From contig JAUCBJ010000688.1 in NCBI GenBank assembly GCA_032718475.1, positions 50,572-114,571 of the forward strand: DNA of 64,000 bases, written 5' to 3'. Positions 13,747 to 27,200 of the stretch are shown piece after piece (the stretch's first letter is position 1; the number at the start of each line of letters is the position of its first letter). The position numbers and the translations under genes are program-made. The stretch comes from Nemertoderma westbladi (lineage: Eukaryota > Animalia > Xenacoelomorpha). The notes under the pieces were generated by a model. That model did not search any database, was not told the origin of the DNA, and saw nothing but the letters and a program-made list of their open reading frames with translations.

Positions 13747-16700
13747 AATCCCCTGATACAGGGGTGCAACATCGTCTAAAGAAAGCATTCTAGAACAAGT
13801 ATTAATTATATAGGAAACAGAAGTTGATCACGCATAGCAAGCAATTCCATCACGAATGGATCACAAGTTAGCAGAGAATGAAACCGCGGGCTGTCATGTT
13901 TAGAAATTCCTCATTAATTTATTTCGACATGAATTGAAGTAAATTCGATAGCGGTCGAGTGAGGCTCTGACCAAGTTTAAGCCGACTTAATACCCCAACA
14001 AAGCAGCCTATAACTCGGAATGACTTCGCATTCCGAATGCGACTAGCAGGATAATGCCTCAATTGAAACAACCCATTGTATGTTTCCCTTTTTATTGATT
14101 AATTTGCCTGTCGGGTTCAGGTTTCCAGCCTTCGGTTCAATGTCAGTTGCCGCCGGCCCAGTAAAACGCAGTCAAAGTCGTTCGGATTACTGGAGAATCC
14201 AACTGAATACAGGGAAAGCACTCGAGAGAATTGTGTATTAAAAGTAGCCTCAATGACTATCTATATACCTGCAGCGTATCCCCTTATAATAATACAAACA
14301 CAAGGAGAAGGTTTAAATAGTAATCCTTGCAATCCAAAATGATTAATTTTGTACACCCAATGTGTGGTGCTACTGCTGGTTCAAACTCATACATCTAATT
14401 CTAGCAATTCCTCTGAAAGGCCCACGATACAGGAAACTGCGATACTAAGTTTAAGGCCTTTGTACTTCAAACCTCAAAGAAAATAAGAATTTAGAATACT
14501 GATACTGTTATACGCCAACGCCATGTTAACATAATATCCTACTGCAAAAAATGGGAAAGTTTCACTATATCTTTCTACATTGCTTCTGAATACGACGGGT
14601 TTTTTATGCAGCTCAAGAAAATAAATGAGTTAAATTTGTCGGACCTTATACGCTTTTAACATAGGGTTTGATCTGAGTGAGGAAAATGCCGAGCAAAAAC
14701 TGAGTGCGTTTTGTGGAAGTAAAAGTCCCAGTGATATATATATTTTACGTGGGAATAACATTTACGCAGGAAGACATATGGAGGAGTGGGGAAGCGATAA
14801 AGTCTTCCATGGAAATCAAATTTCCATTATCAGTTGATTGTGATGGCCTACTGAATGGTGATATTATGAATTCCTATAGCAATTGAGGAGAGGGGCACAG
14901 GATGGGTGACCCCCCCCCCCCCCCCCCTTGCCTACCTGGAATTCGCATGGTCGTCGCCCCTAAATGCTCACAAAAATCAGCTTAGGAAGAACAAATGAGA
15001 TTGGAAAGACGCAAAACGGCTTATCAGAAGTTACACAAGGAAGAATGCTGGAGCTTAGGACTGGAGACATACACAAATGGGAAAGGGCAGTAATACAGAT
15101 AACAGACAAAACATGTAGTAATCAAGATAGGGTAGAAAGTAAGCTACCGAACCAAAACCCACATCAAACAAGCTTAACTTTTTCCATGTGTAGTGAGTGC
15201 AGAGGTTATTAGGCAACAGATCATGTCGTGTTTGTTTGCATTTTCCAATGGAATTCCATCTATATCTATAAGAATTGCATTCGAGTGATATCCGCAGGTT
15301 TATTTGTATTTTGGATCACGATAGAGGTTGGAACTAACATTTAATTTATGAGTGGCATTAAAAAATTGCAAATGATATAATTATAATATAAAAAATATGC
15401 AATCCATTTACAAAATTACAGTATTTCGAGAATCGACCGTTTCAAAGAAGAAAGGATTTTAATTAGCCAACGTTTTGTGCTACTAGTTACAATGATATCC
15501 GACAATAGTACAAGGGAATTCGGATGTATTCACAGGTCCTTACCGACTCAAATTCCTCCAGAAAAATCGATCAACAGGATGGCGGTTGGAGGGCAGGCAA
15601 ATATAGAAGGATCGATTGGGGAGGGGGAAACACACAAGGGAAAACTTTGGTGGATGGTTAATGCCTACCCTGCAGGAGGGGAGACAAGCACGCAAGGAAA
15701 ACGTAGCACGCATCACAAGACAACCCCAGAGATGAGCACGATAATACACATTTAGGTCGAACGCCCTCGAAGAATCGAAAGTGGAAAATTATAAACCCAC
15801 AAACATACGGTGAAATCGTTATCAACAGGACTCCCATCAAATATTCATGACAAATATCAGTCGTTATAGGCAACATCTATGATGAGAATGGTCCCGAATT
15901 GTATATTCATTCACGTAAATTTATACATTAATAAATAATATAAAAGGAGTTTGAAAGAAATTAAATGTGCAGTAACATAATCAGAGTTGTAATATAAAAC
16001 GCAGCAGGGCCTGTCATCCGACAATTACATAACAATAGCAAGAGAGATCGACTCAGATGCATTAAGTAGGATATGATCCACCTACTTCGAATGGGGTTGG
16101 CTATGCAGCATATATGCCTCAGGTATATATACTATGATGGATGATGGAAGCTGTGGGCGGATATATACCTTAAGAATGATAGATGTTGTGGATTCAGCAT
16201 CAGCTGTTTTTCTTTTAGGCCTGTATACTGGTATAGCTAGCTATTCGTCCATTATGCCGGTATATTATTCCTATTTACTCCTCTCAACCTCCACAGGGAT
16301 AGAATAAAAGTGACTCCATCATCACTGGAGGTTTTATTTTTTTTATAGGATAACAAGGACATACAAACTACAAACTGACTGATGAATCTCTCTCTAACCT
16401 TATTTTTATGTAACTGCTCTCGAGGGTCGTAAACTAGATTGAATTCGAATAGAATACGCATTGAATATGGTAATAAAAGTTGCAAAACAACATAAATATT
16501 TAATAGCCTCGCAGATAAAAATCATAAGCTCTCATTATTCTAATTCAATTTAGAAAAATAAGATGATAAAAAACATATAGTCAAAATATGTACTCCATAA
16601 ACAAATTTGCCAAGAGGTTCACTAACAACAAGCACAAGTAATTTAATTCCTATAAAAAATAAAAGGTATAATTTCCTCTAAAGCCGCTCTTTTAATGTTG

Positions 16701-19030
16701 CCAGCTAGCTAGATTTGTTTTCTATGCCGACCTGCATGAATAAATTTGCCGATTAGCTATACTACGCTGTCTGACCATTGAATGCAGTTTAGTTGAACCA
16801 GTTGCACTAAATTTCTGTTTGGGATGGATTCGAGTCGACTATAAGATAATTCGCTAACGCATTCTTTTATATGCGGTGAGAGAAATAATATGGGGGAAAA
16901 TAATCGGGATATTACGGGTATGAGGAATCCATAGAGGAATACCACAAAGGGAAATCAACTCCAAGGTAAGTAGATGTAGCCATGGGGGGTGGACCCGCAA
17001 TCAGAGAGTGCAAGAGGGGCCTACAGGCCAACCGGTCGTGCAGGCAGGAAGTCCAGCAGAGCCTGGACCCCTCGCGTCGCGTCATTAACAGCCTCTTGAG
17101 AGAGCGGCACTCCCTAGTCACGCGGAAAGGCAGGAATATATGGGAATATAAGCGGGAAAGCTTGGGAGACCAACCAGGAGAATTGATTGAGTTTACCCCG
17201 GAGGGTATAGCTGTATCCGTGCCGAAGGAGTAAAATGGATTAGCCGTGGACGCGAGATGGGTGAGCGTGAGCATATATATATATGGGGAACATCGTCTTG
17301 CCAGTAAGGTTAGCCAAGGCCAGCAAATCTCGTACCGGTACCCAAACCCAACAAATATATAAAATAGGGTAATATGCAGAACACACACAGGAAAAAATAA
17401 TGACTGGAATTATTATTGCATTACGCGACAACAAAAAGGCTAATTCATTTACAAATCCTAAATGAAAGTGGGATTCATATTGTATCACCTGCGTTGGTTG
17501 CCTATGGAATTTCAGTTTGAAACATCTGGAAGATGTCAGGAGAATCTAAACTAATGTGGCAGCATCGTGTGGCGCCCCCATACATTGGCAAATTAATCAA
17601 AGGTTGTGTTTATACTATCCTGTAATAACATATTATTAATAGGGTGAGTCTTCAATCTTTATATACCAGACAAAAAATATTCAGCAAGAAAGTAGCAATG
17701 TTGCACATTATCTTAATTAATCTGAATAACTATTGTTTATACTTCAGTCAAGTCTGCGTGGGCATATTGTAGGTCTTCTATACTTAATCGAAGACTAACA
17801 CTATAACAGATTGCCATTCTAGCCTAATATATCGATAGAATATAGATCGTTTCATTATGATGAGTTGAAGTGTTATTGTTATACCATATTGTAGTTGAAT
17901 CGATTTATTAATATATTTATTTAAATTCGTAAATGATTTCCCTATACCTTGCAAACGTTTTCTTCTCTCTGATAAATGCACGACCAGTAAACCAACCATA
18001 TACCGACATCACATTGATACAGAATTGTCTTTGAAAGTTTTTAAATCTTATATATAGGTAAATACTTTATTTGCAAAATAACTGGGTGGCAAGTTATTAT
18101 TATTTTTGCTCTTTGAACAAATCATTTACGCAGGGCAGGCATAGATTAAGGAAGAAGATAAATTTTAAGTAAATCGGGAATCGAGGGGATATAGATAAAC
18201 TTGTATAGTAGAATTGGTGAACAGAGATTACAACTAGGTCAACGATTATAAAAACTCCCACTGTTATTTGTGCCGATCCTACATTATATAAAACAATCAT
18301 CAGGTCTGCATCAGATAATGAACAGCTAGTTTATTAAGACAAGCTACAGACTTCAAGATATACAAGGAAATAAAGTAAACTGTTGTGACACACCTGTGGT
18401 GATATAAAACTACATGAAACAGCTGCCAGTCTTTGAATATCAGGACACTTATGACAACCTCTTAGTAAAATATTATCATTTTTCCTAGAAATCTATGATT
18501 AATAATATTTAAAGGAAACTTCAGCACATATGGTTACATGAAAATTAATTTAAAGGGGAAATTGTTATAATATAACTTTGAATTACTAAATGATATACAC
18601 CCCCCTCCCCCCTTCCCCTCCCCCTTTGGTCATAAATCTCAATCTAGGTTCGACATGCTAGCAACTTTCATAACAGTTGCTGCAGCTTTGAGTAATGCGA
18701 ATCTCATTCACAAGCATCATAATACAGTGCCATCTGTTACTCCAAGGATCAGCAAATACACAGCCAACTCATCTCAACCAACTTATTGACATTTATATGG
18801 ATTGCAGATCAACAGTTTTAATTCCATAGAAATGAATATAGGTCTCGCTTCCCTAGTTACGGGGCGAGGCAACTTTACCCTGAGAGTCCTTGACGTCATG
18901 CTAGTAGGATTTTGTGCGCGCCAGCCGTAATCATATACATCGCCCTTGGGGAAGCGGCCAGGAAGTCATATAATTCCGCTGATTGCCAGAAATTTCGAAC
19001 AAATCATGAAAAAGGGAATTAAAAACTCAC

Positions 19031-19055
19031 CCTTGGAACACGGCTGTCCAATCAT
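19031..19055 (-). CDS. Candidate 25-nt micro-exon
   Basis: Minus strand: tattctattccag|ATGATTGGACAGCCGTGTTCCAAGG|gtgagt, with strong acceptor and donor. Open as (D)DWTAVFQG or MIGQPCSK. Gene not identified. Confidence 0.3.
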
Positions 19056-20064
19056 CTGGAATAGAATACAGGTTATGAATGCATGCATGCGTGCATGGGA
19101 GTGAGCCCAGGTTGGTTCACCCATTAGTTTCATTGGAACCCCCTGGTGTGTATCTAGAGATATCTGAAGTGCGCAGTATTCGCTGTAGAGGGGTGTTCCT
19201 CGCAGTACAATAGGGTGACATACAAGGAATCGATGTTTATCGTGTGTAGGGCAAGTTATATCGCAGGTGAGTGAGTTCTAATGGAAGTGATAATGAATAC
19301 TCTAGAAAAACAGCTGATGCAACTAACTATTGTAGATTTATGTCCATTACTGTTGCAATTCCCCAGTTTTCTCTATACAAACTAAGTAGAGAGAGAGAGA
19401 GCTATTTTTTTCACTAAATATATTATATTTATGGAAGGAAGTGGAAGGGTTTACTGTGGAAGATCACCCATGGTGGTGATCAAGCACTCCTTGGCTTAAC
19501 GAGCTAAACGATTCTCCCATTCATTACTTATAAAGTGTATAAAAGTGAGAGGTGAGTGGTATGGGTCAAAAATAGTACGAATTGCATTATTATTACAATA
19601 ACAATACATTATAATATATAAGTTTATGATTATGAAGTACAATTATAGCTGTATACATAGGATAATTATGATATGGAGCAGTTCATAAGGACACCAATAG
19701 GGTTTCCTGGGTAACGACATAAAGTAAATGAACAAGGGATAGGGACGGAAACTAAATCTAAACCAACACCGGCCATAATTATTTTTCTTCACAAATTTCC
19801 AATTCAACATACATACATTTAGGCCTGGAGGCAGCAATTAAATGTTCCACCTTTCAACTTTCTAATCACTTCCGGCAATTGTAGGCATACAAGCCGGATT
19901 AAACAAATTTCCATAGGATATTCCACGTAAATATACAACAATAGTTGAATTAACAAGATATCATCAAATTTGATGAAAATTTAAGAAAGTTAAATTAAAT
20001 CAGATATAAAACGTCGATTTGAACTATATCTGTGTTAATAGGACTTTGTTAAGATTATTTAATA

Positions 20065-20405
20065 TATAAAATATATTCATTTTAAAACTATATAATATAT
20101 ATTCATTTTAAGAAAATTATATAATTATATAATATATATTCATTTTAAGAAAATTATATAATTATATAATATATATTCATTTTAAGAAAATTATATAATT
20201 ATATAATATATATTCATTTTAAGAAAATTATATAATTATATAATATATATTCATTTTAAGAAAATTATATAATTATATAATATATATTCATCATTTTAAG
20301 AAAATTATATAATTATATAATATATATTCATTTTAAGAAAATTATATAATTATATAATATATATTCATTTTAAGAAAATTATATAATTATATAATATATA
20401 TTCAT
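20065..20405. repeat. AT-rich 37-bp minisatellite, about 9 copies
   Basis: Unit ATTCATTTTAAGAAAATTATATAATTATATAATATAT recurs at 20101, 20138 and onward. Confidence 0.92.
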
Positions 20406-23400
20406 AATATATTTCATTTATTATAACTGTATATACCACGATCAAATTAACGATATAGGGTTATGATGCGATACATTGAATTGATAAAGTTTGAAAAACT
20501 ACAGTAACTAAGAACTAGCGGTATATACAGCCAACATCAACTGACAGTTGACATTTCAAATGACAAAACAATGCAATAATTATAGAAGCTTCGATGTTTT
20601 CTGGAGCGGATACATCACCATCTGCTCACAGTTGAAACTTATCCCCTAATGTAGAAATGGGGTGGGGGTATAGTGTTAGTGGGCAGATAAGGATTATAGT
20701 ACAGCCTTAACTCACACATTCTGTTATAATAGTAAGTAGCCATGCCATAGTTAACTTAACCTCACCCTTGTAACATATACTGTTACAAAGCTCGAAAGTT
20801 TCAAATTGAACTTCTAATCCATATAACATAAGAGTACCAACCAGTACAGGATGATAAATGGATTAGGGAAAACGGCAGTACCAATTAAACAAGAAATACT
20901 TATTTTTTCTTTGAGATAACCCAAAGGAATTTTAGAAAACGCAATTATTACGAGTAATTACAGTATTTAATCCTGTGCCCAGTGTGCGCTCTAAGGTAAA
21001 CCATGGATATCACATAGGGAATAATAATACAGGTATTATATGGAATATGAATTCGATGGATAACACAGGAAAAACATAAAAGTACCATTCAGTTAATGAG
21101 GGAAACAAGGTATCGAGGTTGGGAGAAAAAAATAGAAGCAACTATACCATGATCGGGGGAGTTTCCTAACGAGCTATAAAATCAAGTTTTGTTTCCCCAC
21201 ACTCGCGTCGTGTCCACTCTCACTCAGAAAAAATTAAGTTTAAAAATATTTTAAATGTAAAAGGATAAACGTATCTTGCAATAGGTCGTGTCTGGGCCAC
21301 GCGAGGTCTTAATACAGCTGCCCCTACTAATCTACTATGCTACCATTATGTTAGACGAATAACGTCAGTTTCAGTTACTCAACCTAAATCCACTCTTCAG
21401 ACAGCCCACTAATCTTTCCAAAAAATAATAATCTTTGATTCTGGTGCTGTCAATGACATGAAAAATAATATAATAATAATATGCTGCAAAGATGGAGGGG
21501 AAAGGCTTTTGAAAACCCATTCGAGTAAAAATATATATAAAATTATCTTAAGGGTACTTAAGAGAGTCCAGAAACTAAGGAAAATTATGAGAAAATGGTA
21601 ATCCCTTATTCAGACTGGCTGGAATAGAGTTAGGCTATACTTTCAGCAGTCTGACAGCAAGTTAATACTGGTCTGTAGACTAGGATTAGTATCTTGAGTC
21701 AAAGAGCCTACTTGAATACACACCAGCATTTCATGTCTCTCATTAGCAATGGCTACTATTTAAAGAGGCAGACATGATGATTTACTAAAGAACAGCCAGT
21801 ACCAGTCTCCCCCAGGGCGGGCGATATATACTGTCTGTGGTCTATAATCCCTTGCCAATGCTTGGCCAGGCTGCCAATGGGATAAAGGGATAATGACTTG
21901 ACCAGACTCAATGGAGTCCTTTAAATTGCCACAATAGGGGCAGCGGGCAGGTGTACAACAATAAATGAAGTGGATATAGACAAAATGGAAATTATTACTC
22001 CAGTGCTCAGAGTAAACAGATCAGTTTTGATAGGTTGGGGTACTAAATAATCTTGAAGTATGATATTATGAATTGGTATTATATGTTCTAAAGCAAATGG
22101 AAATGGTAAACTTACTATGATTTATGTTGTGAAAATTATAATTAGCAATGAAGATTAGAAGGGACCTGTCTCATATATCAAAAATATCATTATTTCTTCC
22201 CAGGATGAAGTTTAAGTAGGCTTAATTAAGGTAGCAGGACGCACTTATAAACCGGTTGTGCGGTAGTTGTACTACCCATAAACGCGGAAATGTGACAGTT
22301 TGTAAATATGGCGAAAACATGTTGCATCATAATAGAAGAATTCGGGAATCATGTTACACTGTCCAATTGAGTAACACGGCTATACGTAGTGTACAAGCGG
22401 TGTTTTCTCCATCACAATTAATTGTTAATTATGTTGCGGCCCGACTGGAAAGCCTTGGAAAGCCCAGCTGGTCAATTTATGTTATGCGGACAGTCGGTAG
22501 GTATGAATGCTGACCCCATAGAGGGAAGCAAGTTGGGTGGGCTGGCCCTCCTGTTTACAGGGTCCGGTACAAACAAACCTCAGTGTAACAAATTACTTCT
22601 GACTTACTATTTAAATGGTTATTTCAGACTCTGACTAATGTAAGTAAATCGAGTCACTAAAAAAATAAGATTCGATTTGTTGCAAATAAAAACAGCCGAA
22701 AGGGGGGTAGAACGAATAACATTAAACAAGGAATTTCGGCCATCTGTCATATGTTTCGATGCGTTTGTCAACTGCATCCCGCTGCAGATTAGGCCCGGTG
22801 GGTTGAATTCCTGTTAAACAACAAAGGCCATCATTAAATCGCAAGTTATGCAAAATGGAGGCTCGTCGCATAAACACGAAAGCATAATCGAACAACGGCA
22901 ATCAGATAAGAAGAGATCGAGCCAAGCTGGAGACTATCTCGGAGCTAACACACCGGGGTTGAAGCACTCATTTAATATATACAAGTAGTTAAATTGAGCG
23001 ATTTTGTAAAGCGATCATCGGGATTCCGAAGGCCCACTAGAACATGTTAATAAGATTGCCCCACCGACCCTAACATCGATCTCGAATTCAGACACCGAAC
23101 AACCCAACTCCAGGAATTACACACTCACAGCAGGCATCTCTATCAGGATTGTTGTTTTTTAATATATATTATTGCTACGAGAAGGCGGAAGGTAATATGT
23201 TTGTCAGGCTGATGTTTTGAAAGAGGTAAAAAGCAAAAAGGGGGAGTGGGTTGTAGCTTTTTTAAATATAGTCTTCATTAAATAACAAGGCCCCTCATTC
23301 CATCAAGTATGGCTACCCCAGGCTATATAGTCACCAGGGACCTCTGCCCCTGCTGATTATCACAGCGAGACACCCGGGCACCACAATAATTGTTCGGCCG

Positions 23401-24144
23401 CGGTGTAATTACGTCAGACTCAATGGATTGAGGCGCCGTCGAAAAGACGGACTCTCTCTCTCTCTCGGTAACAAAATAATCAACTTCTACTGGCCCCTAC
23501 CTACTATACACGAACGCAATCCATAACACGACATTGGATTGCCCTTTATAAATAATGGTTGATTGGGGAGGGATAACTATACTCAACCCCTTCCAGCCAG
23601 GTACGGTACATAGGTCACTATTGGTGGCCATCGTCAATATGTAGTGACTGTGGCCCCCCAGGCTATATAGGTATAGCGACCAGAGAAAGGGATTTAGTCA
23701 TCCGAGCGTTGAATAAGCACAATGGGCTGTCCAAAGGGCCCTCCACGAGCGCAACAATAGAGGCCCATCCGTTTAGCTGGAACTCGAGGAACGTTTTGGC
23801 TCCTACGGAATGGGGGGCCTCAAGTGTGCGTCTATTTGTTTTATTGAGTATAGATTGAGTGTTTCAAAGCTACTTGGGTTGTTGTTGGGCGGCTGGTTGA
23901 AAGTTTGGAGAGGTTTTCAAGTATATATGTACTCACATCAAGTGCTAATGAGACCACTAACCGTCGATAAATATATGCATATTCCGTTTGGCAAAGGTGG
24001 GGTTTAATTGGAGACCCGTAAAATTCTTGGCTACCTTTGTGACATATATATACATACACATTATATAGCAACTTTAAAAAATTGAATTACCTATGCTAAC
24101 AAATGCCTACTGTATTATACATTGATCCATACACATAGGATGAA

Positions 24145-24282
24145 ATGGGATACAGTAGCCTCATATAATGGAATACAGTAGCCTCATATAATGGAATACA
24201 GTAGCCTCATATAATGGAATACAGTAGCCTCATATAATGGAATACAGTAGCCTCATATAATGGAATACAGTAGCCTCATATA
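24145..24282. repeat. 23-bp tandem repeat, about 6 copies
   Basis: Unit GGAATACAGTAGCCTCATATAAT. Confidence 0.95.
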
Positions 24283-27200
24283 CCAAAGGTTATAATTAGC
24301 ATTAATTTGCGCAATAATATTGTTAATTATTTACCACATCCACATAATAGAATAGAAACAGATAGAGGAGCACGTGAAGAGATAATATAATTTAAAACTT
24401 ATCAATATCGCCGTAAATTTGAATTAAAATGCTGAAATATACAGTATATGGCAGGAATAGAGCAATACGAATTAAAAAATTAATTTATAAAGTCAAAATG
24501 CAATAATAAATACAGTGAATTGAATATTGTATAATAATTGTATTGTAATACAGTAGACTGCGGCTGAATATTGTATACAAGGTTCGGTATGTAGAAAATT
24601 ACAAAAAACATTCCAATTTCGCAATTTATACATTCGATATAAAAAAATGTACCTTATCTCAAAATCACCGCCCAGGGCGTCTCAAGCACTCACATAATAG
24701 GTAGTACTGTTAGCAACTAAACAAATAGAAAATTAAGATAACATCATAAAAATATCACCTCTCCTCCCATTGTTTGACGAAATTATACAGATTAGTTGAG
24801 TATAAAAACACAAGGACTTTGTCTCACAGCTCCTTTCCAACCAAAGTACGGACAAGGCCAGTGTATTTAGTTAGAGAACCCAACCTGACAATGGATATAA
24901 ATCAGTGACCCTCTAGGCTTAACAAACTCTTAAGAGATTATGAATGGCACACAATGATTCAAAGACTACATTACTATCAGACGCTGAGGTTATATTTACA
25001 TTAACCAACATATTAGATATTAAAGTAATCCTCTCTCTCAATTTCCAGCTAGAATATTGATACCTATTAATATATCTGTCGAGTATTGTAAGTCACATGA
25101 GGCTGATTAAATAAGATACTTGGATTGGGATCGATAGACGACCTATATATGAGTCTTACTTTATGATGCATAGATTATAGGTATTTTTAACCATACCGCG
25201 AGAATGTATCAATAATTTTGCTGGAATGATAAGTGGTGTATATATATTATTAATATTATTAATTCTGTTGTATATAACTCACCTAATAAAACATTTAGAT
25301 TCGTGGTTGAACAAACAGAGTAAACGCTATCTGGTATCAAAACAAATATGGTCAGAATGAATCAATCATAGAAGAAAGATGAAGTTAGACAGCTGTAAAT
25401 AAATATTGAATTTGGTTGTATTAATAATAAAATTGAAAAGATGCATTCTACAGCTATCTATGCATAGAGCATATAGACATTATGATGGTGTAGATATACT
25501 GTAGTTAGCAGTTAGTACTTAGTAAGAACTAATAAAACGATAGTAGGCATTACAACCCATCCTATTAAATTAAATTGTGTATACGACTGTTTAAAGAGTT
25601 TCACTTTCGTTTTCATAATGAAATGAACGAATCAATTCAATAAAAGTGAAAACAGCCTATTTTTATCAATAGTATTTTTATATAATTTGTGGCCCCTCCC
25701 CTCATGACATTGGCATACTACAAAAGTACTGCAACACATTTTGTTTGTTGGTATAGGCCATTCACATCTGGTACACTGGAGTGAAAGTGTGATGCATGCC
25801 GGCGGTCTTTAGACTCAACCTGATGGTGTTGTTGGCAGCTCGACTTAACCAGATGATATTAATATTAAAAGCAGCCAAGGGCTGTCTCAAATCACAGGTC
25901 TGTAAAACACGGATTTTGTTGCTACAAGATAATAAATGTCTTGCATTGCGGAAATAACATAAAGAAGAATCTCGGAATAAAATGAAAACAAGCTGGCAAA
26001 TGGCAGCAAGCTGGTTTAACAAGGGTAACCGGTATATAGGTGGTATGTCGGCTTATTGCTTCATTTTACTGGGTAAACAAGTTACCCAGAGTCAGGCCAG
26101 CAAAGCATTGAAAAATACATTTATGGTTAATATTTTTTGTGAGTTGCAATTAAAGCCGAGGTCGACTGGGTTGCTTAGCTAGCTGCAGTCGGATTCATAT
26201 GAAACGAAAAAATATTTATAAATATGGTAAATATAGAAGACAAACAAACTTAAAAATCTCTTATTTCGTCCTTGTCTTCTTGAGATAAGTATCGAGTTCC
26301 CCCACTTATTTAAATCTGTAATTATTCTTAGTTACGCTTTTTACATTCAGAATTATTAATTGGCCATTAATTGGCCAACGGGGAATAATCAATTTGGTGC
26401 ACACCACTTGCTGACACGAGCCGGCCAACGAAGTCACTAAGTAACCTACCGCTCACGCAAGTCTAAAGTTAAACGAGGCCCGCAAATACGCCGCATTCAG
26501 ATTGCATCTAGGTCTCTCTATAATTATCCTGCTACATTGCGGCGCTGCACACACATTGTGATGCTATGATGGCTTAATAAAAAAAAATTATGCCACCAAC
26601 CACCCCACCATGCAATCTGCAATTGGCTTGCTGTGATGCAGCGAAGCAAAAATTCTTACAGTATTAAGTAATACTGTAAGAATGATATACCGGCTTGCAT
26701 CTAGGTACTATGTATGAATCATAATTGGTATGTGAAATTTCCAAATGAAAATCAATGGGGGTGACTGTAGAAATGATAGTAAACAGAGGTTGATAAAATA
26801 TCTAAACAGAAGTGACAATATCAACATGCGATAAATATAAGCTTCTTTCTATTCTATATGGGTGTATCTGCGTATTGAATACCAAGCAACGTTCTACACT
26901 CCAAGACTCATATACAGCGAATAACTTATCAAGGCAATTAACCTGCACTCACAGTATATTGACATGAGGGACTCTGGGCCTGACAAACCAACCATCAGGC
27001 TCAACTGCAAACTGGGCCTTGTTATATGCGGATTGCATCTGGTTAGATGGCCAGCAGGGGGCCTCTACTCATAATGGTTCTTGTTCGCCGCTTACACGGT
27101 CTCAAGTGGTACAATGGGGCGGGGAAGGGCCCTTAGCACTGTACCCACTCGAACATGAGTTTGTATATATATTAGAAGAAATCAATATCTGCCATCCAGT

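Noticed and set aside
16912-17388. 158-aa minus ORF and overlapping 83-aa plus ORF in a GC-richer patch
   Set aside because: No recognisable motif or consistent exon structure; compatible with chance ORFs.
22720-22810. Minus-strand peptide KRIETYDRWP resembling the start of a BIR domain
   Set aside because: A stop codon follows shortly with no good splice donor, and no other BIR residues lie nearby.
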